Positions 1 through 11,561 of a stretch of 64,000 nt of DNA are shown here, piece after piece. Position numbers and translations under genes: made by a program. Every line of letters begins with the position of its first letter. Position 1 is the stretch's first letter. Source of the stretch: Bacillota bacterium (GTDB lineage Bacteria > Bacillota > DTU025); assembly GCA_050951805.1 (NCBI GenBank), contig JBMNJT010000002.1, forward strand, positions 1,056,001-1,120,000, given 5' to 3'. Below the pieces are notes generated by a model. It had not been told where the DNA came from. It worked only from the letters and a program-made list of their open reading frames with translations, and did not search any database.

Positions 1-457
1 GAAACTTGCCGAAGCTGAAGAACTCGCCGAGAAGGTTGTGATCGAAGACGAGCCTATCGGCGAGGCATGCCCCGAATGCGGCGCCGAGCTAGTCATAAAA
101 AGCGGACGTTATGGCAAGTTCATTGCTTGCCCCATGTATCCTAAATGCACGTATAGGCGGAGCATAGTGAAGAAGCTGGACGTGAAGTGCCCGAAATGCG
201 GCGGGGATGTAGTCGAACGGAGGAGCAAGAAGGGACGAACTTTCTATGGTTGTTCCAACTATCCCAATTGCAATTTCGTGGCGTGGAATCGCCCGTCGAA
301 GGTTAGTTGCCCGATGTGCGGCTCGTTTACCACTGTGAGGCAGAGGAAGGACGAGATGATCTACAAATGCGCTGATGCCGAATGTGGGCATACATGGAAG
401 GAGGCCGCAGACTCCGGCAGTGGCGCACAACAGGGAGGGACCGGGGTTGCAGAATGA
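1..457 (+). CDS. topA: DNA topoisomerase I, C-terminal zinc-ribbon region (5' truncated by window)
   Basis: Repeated CPxCG...C zinc ribbons ([37 protein letters not shown]); canonical topA-trmFO-xerC-hslVU-codY order. Confidence 0.93.
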   Translation, partial: KLAEAEELAEKVVIEDEPIGEACPECGAELVIKSGRYGKFIACPMYPKCTYRRSIVKKLDVKCPKCGGDVVERRSKKGRTFYGCSNYPNCNFVAWNRPSKVSCPMCGSFTTVRQRKDEMIYKCADAECGHTWKEAADSGSGAQQGGTGVAE

Positions 458-1763
458 GGTTATCGTTATCGGCGCCGGCCTTGCAGGGAGTGAAGCCGCT
501 TGGCAGGCTTCGCAGATGGGCGCGGATGTCAAGTTGTATGAGATGCGCCCAATCGTGTCAACTCCTGCACATTCCACTGGCAATTTCGCCGAACTCGTCT
601 GCAGCAACTCTCTCGGGTCTGATCGAGAGGGGACCGCTCCCGGATTGCTCAAAGAGGAGCTTCGGGCATTAGGCTCCATTATAATGCGTTGCGCCGACAG
701 GACACGTGTTCCTGCAGGACAGGCTCTCGCGGTTGACAGGGGGCTTTTCAGTGCTCTAGTTACAAAGGAGCTCGAGGCGGCGCCGAATATAGAGGTGATC
801 CGGGAGGAAGTTGTCAGGGTGCCTCGGGAGGGCGTGGTGGTTATTGCCACTGGCCCCCTCACGTCCCCGGCTTTCTCGGAAGAAATCGCATCGTTGCTCG
901 GCACCGACCACCTTTACTTTTTTGACGCTATGGCTCCCATAATAAGCGGTCATTCTGTAAATTGGTCACGTGCATATTGGGCATCAAGATACGGCAGGGG
1001 TGATTCGGATTACGCGAACTGTGCCATGAACAGGGAAGAATACGAGTGGTTTTGGGAAAATTTGATTGAAGCTGAGACAGCAGAGATGCATGAGTTCGAA
1101 TCTCTCCAGCTGTTTGAGGGGTGTATGCCAATCGAGGAGATTGCCAGACGGGGCCGTGACACTCTGCGCTACGGCCCTTTGAAACCGGTTGGCCTTGTCG
1201 ATCCTCGCACCGGTAGGCGACCTTATGCTGTTGTCCAGTTGCGCAGGGAGAATGTGCCGGGCTCCCTCTTTAACATGGTCGGGTTTCAGACAAGGCTCAA
1301 ACAAGGGGAGCAGAGTCGTGTTTTCCGGATGATACCAGGCCTCGAAGAGGCGGAGTTTGTCCGTTATGGGATGATGCACAGGAACACCTTTGTGAACGGA
1401 CCTGAACACCTGAGCGCAACCCTTCAACTCACAGAAAGTGAGCGGATCTTCATGGCGGGCCAGATCACAGGGGTGGAGGGTTACATGGAATCTGTTGCGA
1501 CGGGTCTTGTGTGCGGGATGAATGCGGGCAGATTGGCCATGGGAAAGGATCCATTGACGTTCCCGAGCAAGACTGCCATCGGTTCGCTCTGTTCTTACGT
1601 TTCTACTCCGTGCAAAGGCAGGTATCAGCCGATGAATGTCAACTTTGGTCTGCTCCCAGAGCCTCCGAGAGCGCTCAAGAAGAATGAGAGACGGATGTGG
1701 AAGGTTGCTTTGGCGAGGCAGTCTTTGCATGATTTTGCAGGTTCGTTGAGGGGCGGCTGTTAG
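447..1763 (+). CDS. trmFO: Folate/FAD-dependent tRNA (uracil-5-)-methyltransferase TrmFO
   Basis: [38 protein letters not shown] motifs; TTG start at 447 after GGAGG. Confidence 0.95.
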   Translation: MQNEVIVIGAGLAGSEAAWQASQMGADVKLYEMRPIVSTPAHSTGNFAELVCSNSLGSDREGTAPGLLKEELRALGSIIMRCADRTRVPAGQALAVDRGLFSALVTKELEAAPNIEVIREEVVRVPREGVVVIATGPLTSPAFSEEIASLLGTDHLYFFDAMAPIISGHSVNWSRAYWASRYGRGDSDYANCAMNREEYEWFWENLIEAETAEMHEFESLQLFEGCMPIEEIARRGRDTLRYGPLKPVGLVDPRTGRRPYAVVQLRRENVPGSLFNMVGFQTRLKQGEQSRVFRMIPGLEEAEFVRYGMMHRNTFVNGPEHLSATLQLTESERIFMAGQITGVEGYMESVATGLVCGMNAGRLAMGKDPLTFPSKTAIGSLCSYVSTPCKGRYQPMNVNFGLLPEPPRALKKNERRMWKVALARQSLHDFAGSLRGGC

Positions 1764-1883
1764 GCGCGCTGGCCTCAAGTATTGCAATCCCGGCCCAGGC
1801 TCGAGAATAACCTATTCTCCGTCATGTCGGGTTCCGTGTCGCCGGAGCGCGATTTTGCCGGGACGGCTGTGGAGTGGATTCTT

Positions 1884-2786
1884 TTGGACCATTTAGACGA
1901 TTTTGCCCGTTACCTGGAGGCAGAACGCAACTTGTCTCCTAGGACGGTGGATGCATACATTAGGGATGTTGGGCAATTCATATCCTTCTGCGAAAAGAGC
2001 GGGACGTGGCAGGGGATTGCAGGCACAGGAGTCGATGCTTATCAGCTGAGCATGCTCAGGAAGTATCTTGCTACACTCCAATCCCGTGGGCTTGCCCATA
2101 GCAGCATATCTAGGAAGATGAGCGCTATCAGGTCATACTTGAAGTTCCTTGCGCGGGAGGGCGTTATCGAATCGAACCCTACTGTCGCCATGTCGCAGGT
2201 CAGGCGCCCTAGGAGGCTGCCTCGGACACTGTCGCAGCAGGAGGTGGAGCGCCTGATATCCGTCTGTGGCGACGGTTCCCCGCTTGATATCAGGGATCGG
2301 GCCATCCTCGAGCTGTTGTATTCGTCTGGGATAAGATTGGCAGAACTGGTGGGACTGGATGTTAAAGATTACAATGCCTCGTCAGGGACTGTTCGCGTTT
2401 TCGGAAAGGGCGCTAAGGAACGGATAGCTCCCGTGGGACAACCGGCGGTGCGGGCGCTTGATGACTACATAGCCAATGCCCGACCTCACCTTGCGTCCAA
2501 CAGCGAAGAGACGGCGCTTTTTCTGAACAGAGGCGGGGGGAGGCTCTCAGGGCGTTCAGTGGAGCGGATGATGAAAAAGCGCTTGATGGAGGCAGGACTT
2601 CCGCAGACGGCGACCCCCCATTCAATGCGCCACTCGTTTGCAACTCATCTGACTGATTCAGGGGCAGACCTCCGCGCGGTCCAGGAGCTTCTCGGGCACG
2701 CCGACATTTCGACTACGCAGATTTACACGAGTGTCTCGAAAGAGAGGCTATACAGGGTATACAACAAGACCCATCCGAGGGCATAG
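1884..2786 (+). CDS. xerC: Tyrosine recombinase XerC (CodV)
   Basis: RDRAILELLYSSGIR, GKGAKER, HSMRHSFATH, LLGHADISTTQIY catalytic residues; start uncertain (TTG 1884). Confidence 0.9.
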   Translation: MDHLDDFARYLEAERNLSPRTVDAYIRDVGQFISFCEKSGTWQGIAGTGVDAYQLSMLRKYLATLQSRGLAHSSISRKMSAIRSYLKFLAREGVIESNPTVAMSQVRRPRRLPRTLSQQEVERLISVCGDGSPLDIRDRAILELLYSSGIRLAELVGLDVKDYNASSGTVRVFGKGAKERIAPVGQPAVRALDDYIANARPHLASNSEETALFLNRGGGRLSGRSVERMMKKRLMEAGLPQTATPHSMRHSFATHLTDSGADLRAVQELLGHADISTTQIYTSVSKERLYRVYNKTHPRA

Positions 2787-2822
2787 GTTCTTTTTTCAGT
2801 TCATTAGGAGGCTTCAGACAGA

Positions 2823-3371
2823 ATGAATGAATCAGATTCAATAAGGATGACTGGCACGACCGTTGTAGCCGTCATTCGTGATGGGAAGTGCGCCATGGGT
2901 TCCGACGGCCAGGTAACCTTGGGGGATACCGTCGTCAAACACGGGGCCCGCAAGATCCGGAAACTGTCTGACTGGAATGTGCTGGCTGGTTTCGCCGGTT
3001 CGGCTTCTGACTCTATGGCGCTTCTTGAGCGCTTTGAAGGCAAGCTCTCTGAATACAAGGGTAACCTTGTTCGGGCAGCGAGCGACCTTGGCCGGGAGTG
3101 GCGCACAGACCGGGTCTTGAGAAGGTTGGAGGCTATGATGATAGTCACTGACGGAAACAGGATACTGCTACTTTCAGGAAATGGCGAGGTCCTGGAACCG
3201 GATGACGCCATCACCGCCGTGGGCTCCGGAGGCCCATATGCCTTGGCTGCGGGAAGGGCTCTTCTCAGGAATACAGACCTTGAGGCTGTGGAGATAGTCC
3301 GCAAGTCGCTGGAGATCGCATCCGAGATTTGCATATACACGAACGGAAAGATCAACATAGAGGAATTGTAG
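2823..3371 (+). CDS. hslV: ATP-dependent protease subunit HslV (ClpQ)
   Basis: GTTVVAV..DGQVTLG, GFAGS, GSGGPYA, ICIYTN. Confidence 0.96.
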   Translation: MNESDSIRMTGTTVVAVIRDGKCAMGSDGQVTLGDTVVKHGARKIRKLSDWNVLAGFAGSASDSMALLERFEGKLSEYKGNLVRAASDLGREWRTDRVLRRLEAMMIVTDGNRILLLSGNGEVLEPDDAITAVGSGGPYALAAGRALLRNTDLEAVEIVRKSLEIASEICIYTNGKINIEEL

Positions 3372-3386
3372 TCGGGAGGCGTTGTA

Positions 3387-4781
3387 ATGCAGGACCTAAC
3401 TCCTCGCGCGATCGTGCGCGAACTCGACAAATACATAGTAGGGCAGGCCTCCGCTAAGAAGGCCGTGGCCATTGCGCTGCGAAACCGGCAACGCAGGCTG
3501 GCGTTGGCTCCGGAAATGCAGGACGACATAATACCCAAGAATATACTGATGATCGGCCCCACTGGAGTAGGGAAAACCGAAATAGCCAGACGCTTGGCTC
3601 GGCTCGTCAACGCTCCTTTCGTGAAGGTGGAGGCGACGAAGTTTACTGAAGTCGGATATGTTGGACGCGATGTCGACAGCATTGTGCGGGAGCTCGTAGA
3701 GACTTCAGTGAGGATGGTAAAAGCAGATAAGATGTCGGGCGTGCAGGAGCAAGCGAAAATACTGGGCGAGGAGCGTCTGCTGGATGCCTTAGCGCCGTTG
3801 CCGACTCGCGATCGTTCTCAGGCCAACCCGTTTGCCGCCCTCTGGGGCATGCCTGTCGGGCAGCCGCAGGATGACCGGATGTTTGAGTCGAAACTGGCCA
3901 GCGCACGGGCGCGCAGGGAAGAGACGAGGGAACGCCTGAGAAGGGGCGAACTGGAAGATGTGATCATTGAGATCGAGATCGATGACGTACAGGGCGGGAT
4001 GATAGAGATCTTTTCCGGGGCCGGAGTGGAAGAGATGGGGATAAACCTTCAGGACCTCATGGGCGAGATGTTGCCTCCGCGCCGCCGCCGCAGAAAATTG
4101 CCTGTTTGTGAAGCTCGAAAAATCCTCATTACCGAGGAGGCCGCGAAGCTCATTGACATGGATGAGGTTGCTGAAGAGGCTATCGCCCGTGCGGAACAGA
4201 GCGGCATAGTATTCATCGACGAGATCGATAAGATCGCCGTCAAAGGGCAGGGCGCAGGGCCCGATGTGTCCCGTGAAGGCGTTCAGAGAGATATCCTGCC
4301 TATAGTGGAGGGGTCGACTGTCCAGACGAAATACGGGCCTGTAAAGACAGGGCACATGTTGTTTATTGCGGCTGGCGCTTTTCACATGTCGAAACCTTCT
4401 GATCTCATTCCGGAGCTGCAAGGGAGATTTCCAATAAGGGTGGAGCTTTCAAGCCTCACCAAAGATGATTTTGTGAGAATACTGACTGAGCCGAAGAACG
4501 CTCTGACCAAGCAATACATGGCTCTTCTTGCTACTGACGGGGTCGATTTGGTGTTTACGGATGATGGGGTTGAAGAGATAGCTAGAATTGCCGACGAGGT
4601 CAATTCCAGCAGTGAGAATATAGGCGCCCGAAGGCTCCATACGATTCTCGAAAAAGTGCTGGAGGAGGTATCTTTCAACGCGCCGGAGCATTCAGAGAGG
4701 GTTGTGGTAGATGCCGACTATGTGCGGTCCAGGCTGGAGCAGTTGGTTACTGAGAGCGATCTTTCGGACTACATTCTGTAG
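3387..4781 (+). CDS. hslU: ATP-dependent protease ATPase subunit HslU (ClpY)
   Basis: [45 protein letters not shown]. Confidence 0.97.
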   Translation: MQDLTPRAIVRELDKYIVGQASAKKAVAIALRNRQRRLALAPEMQDDIIPKNILMIGPTGVGKTEIARRLARLVNAPFVKVEATKFTEVGYVGRDVDSIVRELVETSVRMVKADKMSGVQEQAKILGEERLLDALAPLPTRDRSQANPFAALWGMPVGQPQDDRMFESKLASARARREETRERLRRGELEDVIIEIEIDDVQGGMIEIFSGAGVEEMGINLQDLMGEMLPPRRRRRKLPVCEARKILITEEAAKLIDMDEVAEEAIARAEQSGIVFIDEIDKIAVKGQGAGPDVSREGVQRDILPIVEGSTVQTKYGPVKTGHMLFIAAGAFHMSKPSDLIPELQGRFPIRVELSSLTKDDFVRILTEPKNALTKQYMALLATDGVDLVFTDDGVEEIARIADEVNSSSENIGARRLHTILEKVLEEVSFNAPEHSERVVVDADYVRSRLEQLVTESDLSDYIL

Positions 4782-4900
4782 CGTCGGCAGATGGCGTGTG
4801 TGATGAAACGCAAATGTTTGGACAAGATAAAAGAGCATAACTTGCTCCTAATCTGAAGCGCACGGACATGCGTCCGTGGTTGGTGAGAGGAGGTCTCAAA

Positions 4901-5695
4901 GTGAACTCACTACTGGAGCGCACACGGAAGCTAGGCAGGCTGATCCAGAGTTCCCCAGGACATGCAGGACGTTTTGAGGAGATTGCCCACGCGCTTGCAG
5001 AGGCCGTGTCAGGCCAGGCCTTTGTTGTTGCGAAAAATGGGAAGATATTGGGCCATTCTCTGCCCCACCTGACTGACGATGATTTTGAAGTATTGGATTC
5101 CGAAATCCTTGGGAACGGCTACGTGCCACAGAAGGTGAATGAAGAGTTTCTCGCGATATTTGAGACAGCCGCGAATCGCAGGCCCAGTAATGGGATGCGC
5201 GCGTTCTGCAATGAGATGTTGGGGGGATCGTCAGAATCGTGTCGCTTGACTGTCGCTCCGATATATGGCGGGGGTGAGCGAGTCGGAACGTTGCTTCTTT
5301 CGAAGTCCGACGGCGAACTCGGCGAAAACGACATAATGCTCGCTGAATATGGCGCAACATTCATAGGAATGGAAATCTACAGGTCAAGAAGTGAGAAGGC
5401 CGAGGAAGAGGCGAGAAAGCGCGCAGCTGTGCAGATGGCCCTCGAAACGCTCTCGTATTCAGAACAGGAGGCGGTCGAGCACATCTTTGACGAACTTGCC
5501 GGCGATGAAGGGCTTCTCGTGGCCTCCAAAATCGCTGACAGAGTGGGCATAACGAGGTCTGTAATCGTCAATGCGCTGCGCAAGTTCGAGAGTGCCGGCG
5601 TGATCGAATCGCGCTCGCTCGGGATGAAGGGCACATACATACGGGTTCTCAATGACAAATTATTCGACGAACTTGATAGGCTGCGCGCTCGTTAG
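4901..5695 (+). CDS. codY: GTP/BCAA-sensing transcriptional repressor CodY
   Basis: LSYSE, ASKIADRVGITRSVIVNALRKFESAGVIESRSLGMKGTYI HTH; GTG after GAGGAGG. Confidence 0.97.
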   Translation: MNSLLERTRKLGRLIQSSPGHAGRFEEIAHALAEAVSGQAFVVAKNGKILGHSLPHLTDDDFEVLDSEILGNGYVPQKVNEEFLAIFETAANRRPSNGMRAFCNEMLGGSSESCRLTVAPIYGGGERVGTLLLSKSDGELGENDIMLAEYGATFIGMEIYRSRSEKAEEEARKRAAVQMALETLSYSEQEAVEHIFDELAGDEGLLVASKIADRVGITRSVIVNALRKFESAGVIESRSLGMKGTYIRVLNDKLFDELDRLRAR

Positions 5696-5829
5696 GTTTG
5701 GGCTGCAGTAAGTGGGAGGGTCAAGTCCTGGCTGCTTACGTGACAAAAGGAGACGTTGTTGCTGTTGCAAACGAAAATGGCAAGGCAACAGGTTGCTCGT
5801 GCACTGTGTGATGCGCCCTTGTGGCGAGA

Positions 5830-5858
5830 TTGCAGGCCGCTTCAGCGTGTGATATACT
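5830..5858 (+). promoter_or_regulatory. sigma-A promoter of rpsB-tsf
   Basis: TTGCAG-17 nt-TATACT with extended TG. Confidence 0.65.
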
Positions 5859-5871
5859 TACCGCTGTGCGA

Positions 5872-5960
5872 CTACACACGACCTTATGATCGGGGTTGGC
5901 GGTGCTGGGCGCCAGGTGGGCGTCTGGTGGAACTCCGGGATGATGAGGTCGGAGGGGAAA
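5872..5960 (+). promoter_or_regulatory. rpsB (S2) autoregulatory leader
   Basis: ACACACG...CGGAG frame with nested stems (ACCTTAT/ATGAGGT, CGGGGTT/AACTCCG) in the rpsB 5' UTR. Confidence 0.6.
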
Positions 5961-5984
5961 CCGCTGCGGGAGGAGGTGATTGGC

Positions 5985-6785
5985 ATGGCAGTGGTGACTA
6001 TGAAGCAACTGCTCGAAGCAGGCGTACATTTTGGACACCAGACAAGGCGCTGGAATCCTAAAATGAAGCCGTACATCTTCACTTCGCGAAATGGCATCTA
6101 CATCATCGACCTCCAGCAGACTGTGAGAAAACTGGACGAGGCTTATGATTTCGTCCGTGAAACCGTACAGGACGGCGGAACGGTGCTTTTCGTGGGCACG
6201 AAGAAGCAGGCACGCGATACGATCGCTGAAGAAGCTCAGCGGTGTGGAATGTATTGGGTGAATGAGCGCTGGCTAGGCGGGATGCTTACTAACTTCGCCA
6301 CCATGCGCAAACGCGTGGAGTGGATGAAGAAGCTTGAGCAGATGGAAGAGGACGGTTCCTTTGACGCGCTGCCCAAAAAGGAAGTCCAAAAGCTTATTGC
6401 CGAAAGGACTAAGTTGCAGAAGCGTCTGATTGGAATACGTGACATGAAGCAACTCCCCAGTGCTGTGTTTGTTGTGGATCCTCGCAAGGAGAGGATTGCA
6501 GTGGCTGAAGCCAGAAGGCTCGATATCCCGATCATTGCGATCGTCGATACCAACTGCGATCCTGACGAGGTGGACTACGTGATCCCAGGCAACGATGATG
6601 CGATTCGTGCTGTAAGGCTTCTTACATCCAAGATCGCCGATGCTGTTATCGAAGGCCGTGAAGGCTTGGATCAGGCTCTTGCCGAGGAAGAACAAGATGA
6701 GGGATTCAGCGCGGATGGCAACAACGGGGAATTCCAAGCGTCTGCAAAGTCGGATGATGCCGACGAATTCGAGGACGCTGAGTAA
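5985..6785 (+). CDS. rpsB: 30S ribosomal protein S2
   Basis: [47 protein letters not shown]. Confidence 0.98.
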   Translation: MAVVTMKQLLEAGVHFGHQTRRWNPKMKPYIFTSRNGIYIIDLQQTVRKLDEAYDFVRETVQDGGTVLFVGTKKQARDTIAEEAQRCGMYWVNERWLGGMLTNFATMRKRVEWMKKLEQMEEDGSFDALPKKEVQKLIAERTKLQKRLIGIRDMKQLPSAVFVVDPRKERIAVAEARRLDIPIIAIVDTNCDPDEVDYVIPGNDDAIRAVRLLTSKIADAVIEGREGLDQALAEEEQDEGFSADGNNGEFQASAKSDDADEFEDAE

Positions 6786-6805
6786 ACGCGGGGGGACGTC
6801 TGCTG

Positions 6806-7405
6806 ATGGAAATCACTGCATCCATGGTAAAGGAGCTTCGTGAACGTACGGGCGCGGGGATGATGGACTGCAAGAGGGCGCTTGTCGAGACCGATGGGGA
6901 TTTTGACAAGGCTGTAACACTCCTTCGCGAGAAGGGCCTTGCTGCGGCGTCAAAGCGTGCCGGGAGGGAGACTGCGGAGGGTGTAGTTGAGTCCTACATC
7001 CACATGGGTGGCAGGATAGGCGTGCTGATTGAGGTCAATTGTGAGACGGATTTCGTTGCTAAGACCGATCAGTTTCGCACCCTGGCGCGGGATTTGGCCA
7101 TGCAAGTGGCTGCCTCAAGGCCGCTGTACGTATCACGCGACGAAGTGCCGGAAGATGTGATCGAACGTGAACGTCAAATATACCGAACTCAGGCGCTTAA
7201 CGAGGGCAAGCCGGAGAAGGTTGCTGACAGAATCGTAGAGGGCAAGCTGGAGAAGTTCTATCAAGAAGTTTGCCTTCTCGATCAACCCTTCATCCGTGAA
7301 CCGGAAAAATCCGTGAGTGACCTCGTTCGCGAGACGATAGGGACTTTGGGTGAAAACATCACAGTGAGAAGATTTGCCCGATTCGAACGCGGAGAGGCGC
7401 TTTGA
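6806..7405 (+). CDS. tsf: Elongation factor Ts (short 199-aa form)
   Basis: [29 protein letters not shown]. Confidence 0.97.
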   Translation: MEITASMVKELRERTGAGMMDCKRALVETDGDFDKAVTLLREKGLAAASKRAGRETAEGVVESYIHMGGRIGVLIEVNCETDFVAKTDQFRTLARDLAMQVAASRPLYVSRDEVPEDVIERERQIYRTQALNEGKPEKVADRIVEGKLEKFYQEVCLLDQPFIREPEKSVSDLVRETIGTLGENITVRRFARFERGEAL

Positions 7406-7421
7406 TAAGGTCAATCAGGTG

Positions 7422-7452
7422 AGGAGAGAACACGTCCGGTGTTCTCTCCTTC
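7422..7452 (+). terminator. Hairpin downstream of tsf
   Basis: AGGAGAGAACAC/GTGTTCTCTCCT 12-bp stem; weak U tract. Confidence 0.6.
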
Positions 7453-7486
7453 GCATAGCCGCCGTGGTGTATGAAACGGATTTAGA

Positions 7487-7511
7487 AGGAAAATTGGCGT
7501 TCGCATAGAAT
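7487..7511 (+). promoter_or_regulatory. sigma-H-type promoter upstream of pyrH
   Basis: AGGA-17 nt-GAAT. Confidence 0.5.
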
Positions 7512-7530
7512 CCAACGGGGAGTGACAATC

Positions 7531-8250
7531 TTGGAAAGGCCCAAATACAGCCGGGTAGTCCTGAAGCTGTCCGGGGAGGCGCTTGCAGGAGAACGGGGAT
7601 TTGGTGTTGATATCGACACTGTAAGATGGATAGCCGGCCAAGTTTCGGAAGCGTATGCCTTGGGTACGCAATTGGCTATAGTTGTTGGCGGAGGTAACAT
7701 CTGGCGGGGATCTGAGGCAAGTCGGATGGGCATGGATCGAAGCAGTGCAGACTATGCGGGCATGCTCGCTACAGTGATAAATTCCGTAGTGCTGCAGGAA
7801 GCCCTTGAGGATTCAGGAATACCGACGAGGGTGCTAACAGCCATAGAGATACGCGAGGTGGCTGAACCATACATACGGCGCAGAGCCATACGTCATCTGG
7901 AGAAAGGCCGGATCGTAATCTTCGGAGCGGGTACTGGAAATCCGTTTTTCTCGACTGACACCGCAGCGGCTTTGCGGGCGGCTGAGATAGAGGCGGATGT
8001 GATCTTGATGGCGAAAAGGGTCGATGGAGTATACGATCGTGATCCGCTGAAGAATCCAGAAGCAAAGTTTTACGAGAAATTATCATTCATTGATGTCATC
8101 AGTCGCGAGCTTGGCGTGATGGATTCCACGGCAGCTTCGCTTTGCATGGACAATGGGATACCGATTGTTGTCTTCAACTTGCTCACCGAAGGGAACATAA
8201 AAAGGGCGCTCATGGGTGAGCCGGTTGGGACGTGGATTGGGGGGGACTAG
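7531..8250 (+). CDS. pyrH: UMP kinase
   Basis: [34 protein letters not shown]. Confidence 0.97.
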   Translation: MERPKYSRVVLKLSGEALAGERGFGVDIDTVRWIAGQVSEAYALGTQLAIVVGGGNIWRGSEASRMGMDRSSADYAGMLATVINSVVLQEALEDSGIPTRVLTAIEIREVAEPYIRRRAIRHLEKGRIVIFGAGTGNPFFSTDTAAALRAAEIEADVILMAKRVDGVYDRDPLKNPEAKFYEKLSFIDVISRELGVMDSTAASLCMDNGIPIVVFNLLTEGNIKRALMGEPVGTWIGGD

Positions 8251-8252
8251 GT

Positions 8253-8810
8253 GTGTACAAGGACGAGCTAGAACTGGCAGAGGAACGGATGAAGGAAGTG
8301 GTCGAATCCACAAGTCGAGATTTTGCTGGAGTCCGCACCGGGCGTGCCAATCCAGCCCTCCTGGATAGGATAGTGGTAGACTATTATGACACTCCGACAC
8401 CTCTGACACAGATAGCTAGCGTTTCGGCGCCTGAACCGCGTTTGCTCGTGGTAACGCCATGGGATAAATCGGTTTTGGGTAAGATCGAGAAAGCGATTCA
8501 AAAATCCGATATTGGTCTGGTTCCTACGAATGATGGCAATGTTATCCGCATGGCTATTCCGCATCTTACAGAGGAACGCAGACGTGAATTGGTCAAGCTC
8601 GTTAGGAAGATGGCTGAGGAGAAGCGAATCAGCATCAGGGGGATAAGGCGTGACGCCATAGAGGAGTTTCGTGTTCTCGAGAAAGACGGCATAATCACCG
8701 AAGATGAACTGCGGCGAGCTCAGGACGAAATTCAAAAACTGACTGACAAGTATATTGCAGACATCGATAATATGTTGGCCGATAAGGAAGTCGAGATAAT
8801 GCAGGTCTGA
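8253..8810 (+). CDS. frr: Ribosome recycling factor
   Basis: RTGRANPALLD, PHLTEERRRELVK. Confidence 0.97.
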   Translation: MYKDELELAEERMKEVVESTSRDFAGVRTGRANPALLDRIVVDYYDTPTPLTQIASVSAPEPRLLVVTPWDKSVLGKIEKAIQKSDIGLVPTNDGNVIRMAIPHLTEERRRELVKLVRKMAEEKRISIRGIRRDAIEEFRVLEKDGIITEDELRRAQDEIQKLTDKYIADIDNMLADKEVEIMQV

Positions 8811-8834
8811 GCCTTGTGCATTGCTAAGGCTTAC

Positions 8835-8860
8835 AACCCCCTCGATTCGAGGGGGTTTAT
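8835..8860 (+). terminator. Hairpin downstream of frr
   Basis: AACCCCCTCG/CGAGGGGGTT perfect stem. Confidence 0.55.
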
Positions 8861-8939
8861 AGTATGATCTCAATCTTCTCTCGGCGTGATGCCGCGATGG
8901 GCGATGTCACCTTGAATCGCCCCGAAGGGAGGAAACCAT

Positions 8940-9671
8940 TTGCTTCCAGAGCATATAGGGATAATCATGGACGGAAATGGCAGGTGGGCTCAGCGACAGG
9001 GAAAGCCGCGCCTATATGGCCACCAAGTCGGGGCGAATAGAGCTAAGAACATCGTTCTTGCCGCACGCGACAGGGGAATAGGGTACGTTACCTTGTTTGC
9101 ATTTTCCACTGAGAATTGGAAGAGGCCTATTTCTGAAGTCCAGGGCTTGTTTCTGCTGATGGAGGAGTTCTTCAGGGAAAACGCTGATGAACTGGCTGAG
9201 AGTGGCGTTAAGGTGAATGTCATCGGCGACAGGAGCCGACTTCCGAGGTCGATTCGCACAGTAGCCGCTAATGCTGAGAGGATCACGGCGAATGCCTCCA
9301 GGATTATTGTTAACATTGCCCTCAACTACGGAGGCAGATGGGATGTGGCTTCGGCTCTTCGTCGAATCGCGGAAGATGTTGCTGCAGGGAGGCTGGACGC
9401 GTCGGACATTGACGAGGATCTGATTTCGTCAAGGCTTGCCACCGCTGGTCAGCCAGATCCGGACTTGATAATCCGCACTGGCGGTGAGAGCAGGATCAGC
9501 AACTTCATGCTGTGGCAGGTCGCGTATGCTGAAATATACGTGACCCAGACGCTATGGCCGGATTTTCGCGATGAGGATCTCGATGCCGCCATCTCATTTT
9601 TTCTCTCAAGGACGAGACGCTATGGCGGGCTAAAGACCGCGCCTCACAACGGTCGAGGTGAAGGCGGATGA
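8940..9671 (+). CDS. uppS: Undecaprenyl diphosphate synthase
   Basis: HIGIIMDGNGRWA, FSTENWKR, IRTGGESRISNFMLWQ. Confidence 0.96.
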   Translation: MLPEHIGIIMDGNGRWAQRQGKPRLYGHQVGANRAKNIVLAARDRGIGYVTLFAFSTENWKRPISEVQGLFLLMEEFFRENADELAESGVKVNVIGDRSRLPRSIRTVAANAERITANASRIIVNIALNYGGRWDVASALRRIAEDVAAGRLDASDIDEDLISSRLATAGQPDPDLIIRTGGESRISNFMLWQVAYAEIYVTQTLWPDFRDEDLDAAISFFLSRTRRYGGLKTAPHNGRGEGG

Positions 9672-10480
9672 TGAGGACGAGGGTGTTGGTTGGTCTGATA
9701 GGCGCGCCCATTGGCATATTCGTGTTGTGGTTGGGCGGGGTGCCCTTAGCCATTGTAGGGGCTGTTTTGGCGGTCGTAGGCGGTATGGAATACGCCAGGA
9801 TGTGCAAGACAAAGGCATGGACTCCGAGTCAGCCGCTGATATCTGCGGGATCTGCCCTTTTTGTTGTCGATGCTGTTTTAGCCGGTGGCAGGTTCAGCGG
9901 CTCGTTGCTCTCCTTGGTTTTGGCTCTTTCCCTTGCCGGGCAGGTGATGAAGGCGAAGCCTACGGGTTCCATGGCCGTTCCGGCCCTTGAAGTGTTCGGG
10001 GTTGTGTACTGTGGATGGACCTTAAGCCGCTTCTGTCTGATAAGGGGCACTTTTGGCGATGCTGGGCTAGGCCTATCCCTTCTGATGATGGTGCTTGTGT
10101 GGTTTAATGATATGGGCGCATTCTTTGTTGGAAGAGCGATCGGACGGCGTAAGCTGGCTCCAAGCATGTCGCCAAACAAGACTATTGAAGGCTCCATAGG
10201 CGGTTTCGTCTGGGCTGTGCTTGCATCAATCGCATACAAGGCTTTGGGAGACGTGACTGGCTTATGGTATACTCTCAGTTGGCCACAGGCTATCATTTTC
10301 GCGCTTCTTGTGGCGGCGTCCGGCCAGATCGGGGATCTTGCTGAGTCTGGCATGAAACGCGATGCAGGTGTGAAGGATGCGGGGAGGATGTTCCCGGGCC
10401 ATGGCGGGGTGTTGGACAGATTTGATAGCTTCTTCTTCGTCAGCCCGATCGCATACTATTACCTGAGATTGATGCTTTAA
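9668..10480 (+). CDS. cdsA: Phosphatidate cytidylyltransferase
   Basis: SPNKTIEG, GDLAESGMKRDAGVKD..PGHGGVLDRFDS; multi-TM. Confidence 0.95.
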   Translation: MMRTRVLVGLIGAPIGIFVLWLGGVPLAIVGAVLAVVGGMEYARMCKTKAWTPSQPLISAGSALFVVDAVLAGGRFSGSLLSLVLALSLAGQVMKAKPTGSMAVPALEVFGVVYCGWTLSRFCLIRGTFGDAGLGLSLLMMVLVWFNDMGAFFVGRAIGRRKLAPSMSPNKTIEGSIGGFVWAVLASIAYKALGDVTGLWYTLSWPQAIIFALLVAASGQIGDLAESGMKRDAGVKDAGRMFPGHGGVLDRFDSFFFVSPIAYYYLRLML

Positions 10481-10514
10481 TTCGTCGAAGACGCACATGC
10501 GCGGAGGTGTCTCG

Positions 10515-11558
10515 GTGAGCAACAACGCCAAGGCCGCGATATCCCTTGGGGGGCTAATAGTAGGAACATATCTGGTGATCATGTATGTGCTTCCCCTTTT
10601 CAGGCCTTTCGTGATCGCGCTTTTCTTGGCCATCATGATAGAGCCTGGAGTCAAGCTTGTACAAAAGAACCCCAAGATTTCCAGGGGAGTTGCCGTTGCA
10701 ATAGTGCTTGTAGTGTTGGGGCTCGTGCTTGGGCTGCTCATTGCCTTGGGAGTTACCGAAATAGCAAAGGAAATTGACCAGCTATCGCGGAATATGGGTG
10801 GCCTTAGCCGGTCGTTCAGTGAGTCCTTGGACAACCTTGTGGGAAGGACCGAGGATTTCTTCGCCTACTTGCCAGTTCCTTTTGTAGAAGCCCTAAGGGA
10901 AAATCAGGATAAGCTGTTTCAGGTGGTTCGAACGGGGGTCTCTGGAGTTGCATCTTTTCTGGGGGGCCTTCCCGAATTCACGCTGGTCTTCATGCTCAGC
11001 ATTATCTCTACGTTTTTCATATCCCGCGATCACCCGCGTTTCTCCGAGAATCTTTTGAAGGCGTTGCCGAGATCGTGGCGAAAGCAAGCGCGAAAGGTCA
11101 GAGGCGAACTGCTTGCCGGGTTTGTGGGTTATCTGAGATCAAGATTTGTATTGATGTGCATGACTGGCATAATGACGGTTATCGGGTTTTCTATCATGGG
11201 CATCAGCTATGCGTGGCTTTTGGGGTTGGTCTGTGCACTCCTCGACCTGATGCCGGTCGTAGGCCCGTCTCTTCTCATTCTGCCATGGGCCGGCTATCAT
11301 TTCGTAGTTGGCCACTTCGGTTTTGGGTTGGGTCTAATTATAGTGTTGGCGGTCAACTCTATTGTGCGCCAGATTGCTGAGGGAAAAGTGATGGGGGAGA
11401 ATCTCGACCTTCATCCGCTCGTCGCTCTCGTGTCTATATACGTGGGAATTCGCCTGTTTGGCACAAAGGGCTTTATAGCAGGGCCGCTGGCAGTGATATT
11501 TATCAAAGCAGTATATCAGTCGGTAATCCTGCCAATGTTTCCATTTGATGAGGAGTAA
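10515..11558 (+). CDS. ytvI: YtvI-like AI-2E family membrane protein
   Basis: Multi-TM; LDLMPVVGP, RQIAEGKVMG..LHPL, GFIAGP motifs. Confidence 0.75.
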   Translation: MSNNAKAAISLGGLIVGTYLVIMYVLPLFRPFVIALFLAIMIEPGVKLVQKNPKISRGVAVAIVLVVLGLVLGLLIALGVTEIAKEIDQLSRNMGGLSRSFSESLDNLVGRTEDFFAYLPVPFVEALRENQDKLFQVVRTGVSGVASFLGGLPEFTLVFMLSIISTFFISRDHPRFSENLLKALPRSWRKQARKVRGELLAGFVGYLRSRFVLMCMTGIMTVIGFSIMGISYAWLLGLVCALLDLMPVVGPSLLILPWAGYHFVVGHFGFGLGLIIVLAVNSIVRQIAEGKVMGENLDLHPLVALVSIYVGIRLFGTKGFIAGPLAVIFIKAVYQSVILPMFPFDEE

Positions 11559-11561
11559 GAT

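Noticed and set aside
1884-2786. Tyrosine recombinase as a sign of an integrated element
   Set aside because: Housekeeping xerC in the conserved trmFO-xerC-hslVU-codY operon
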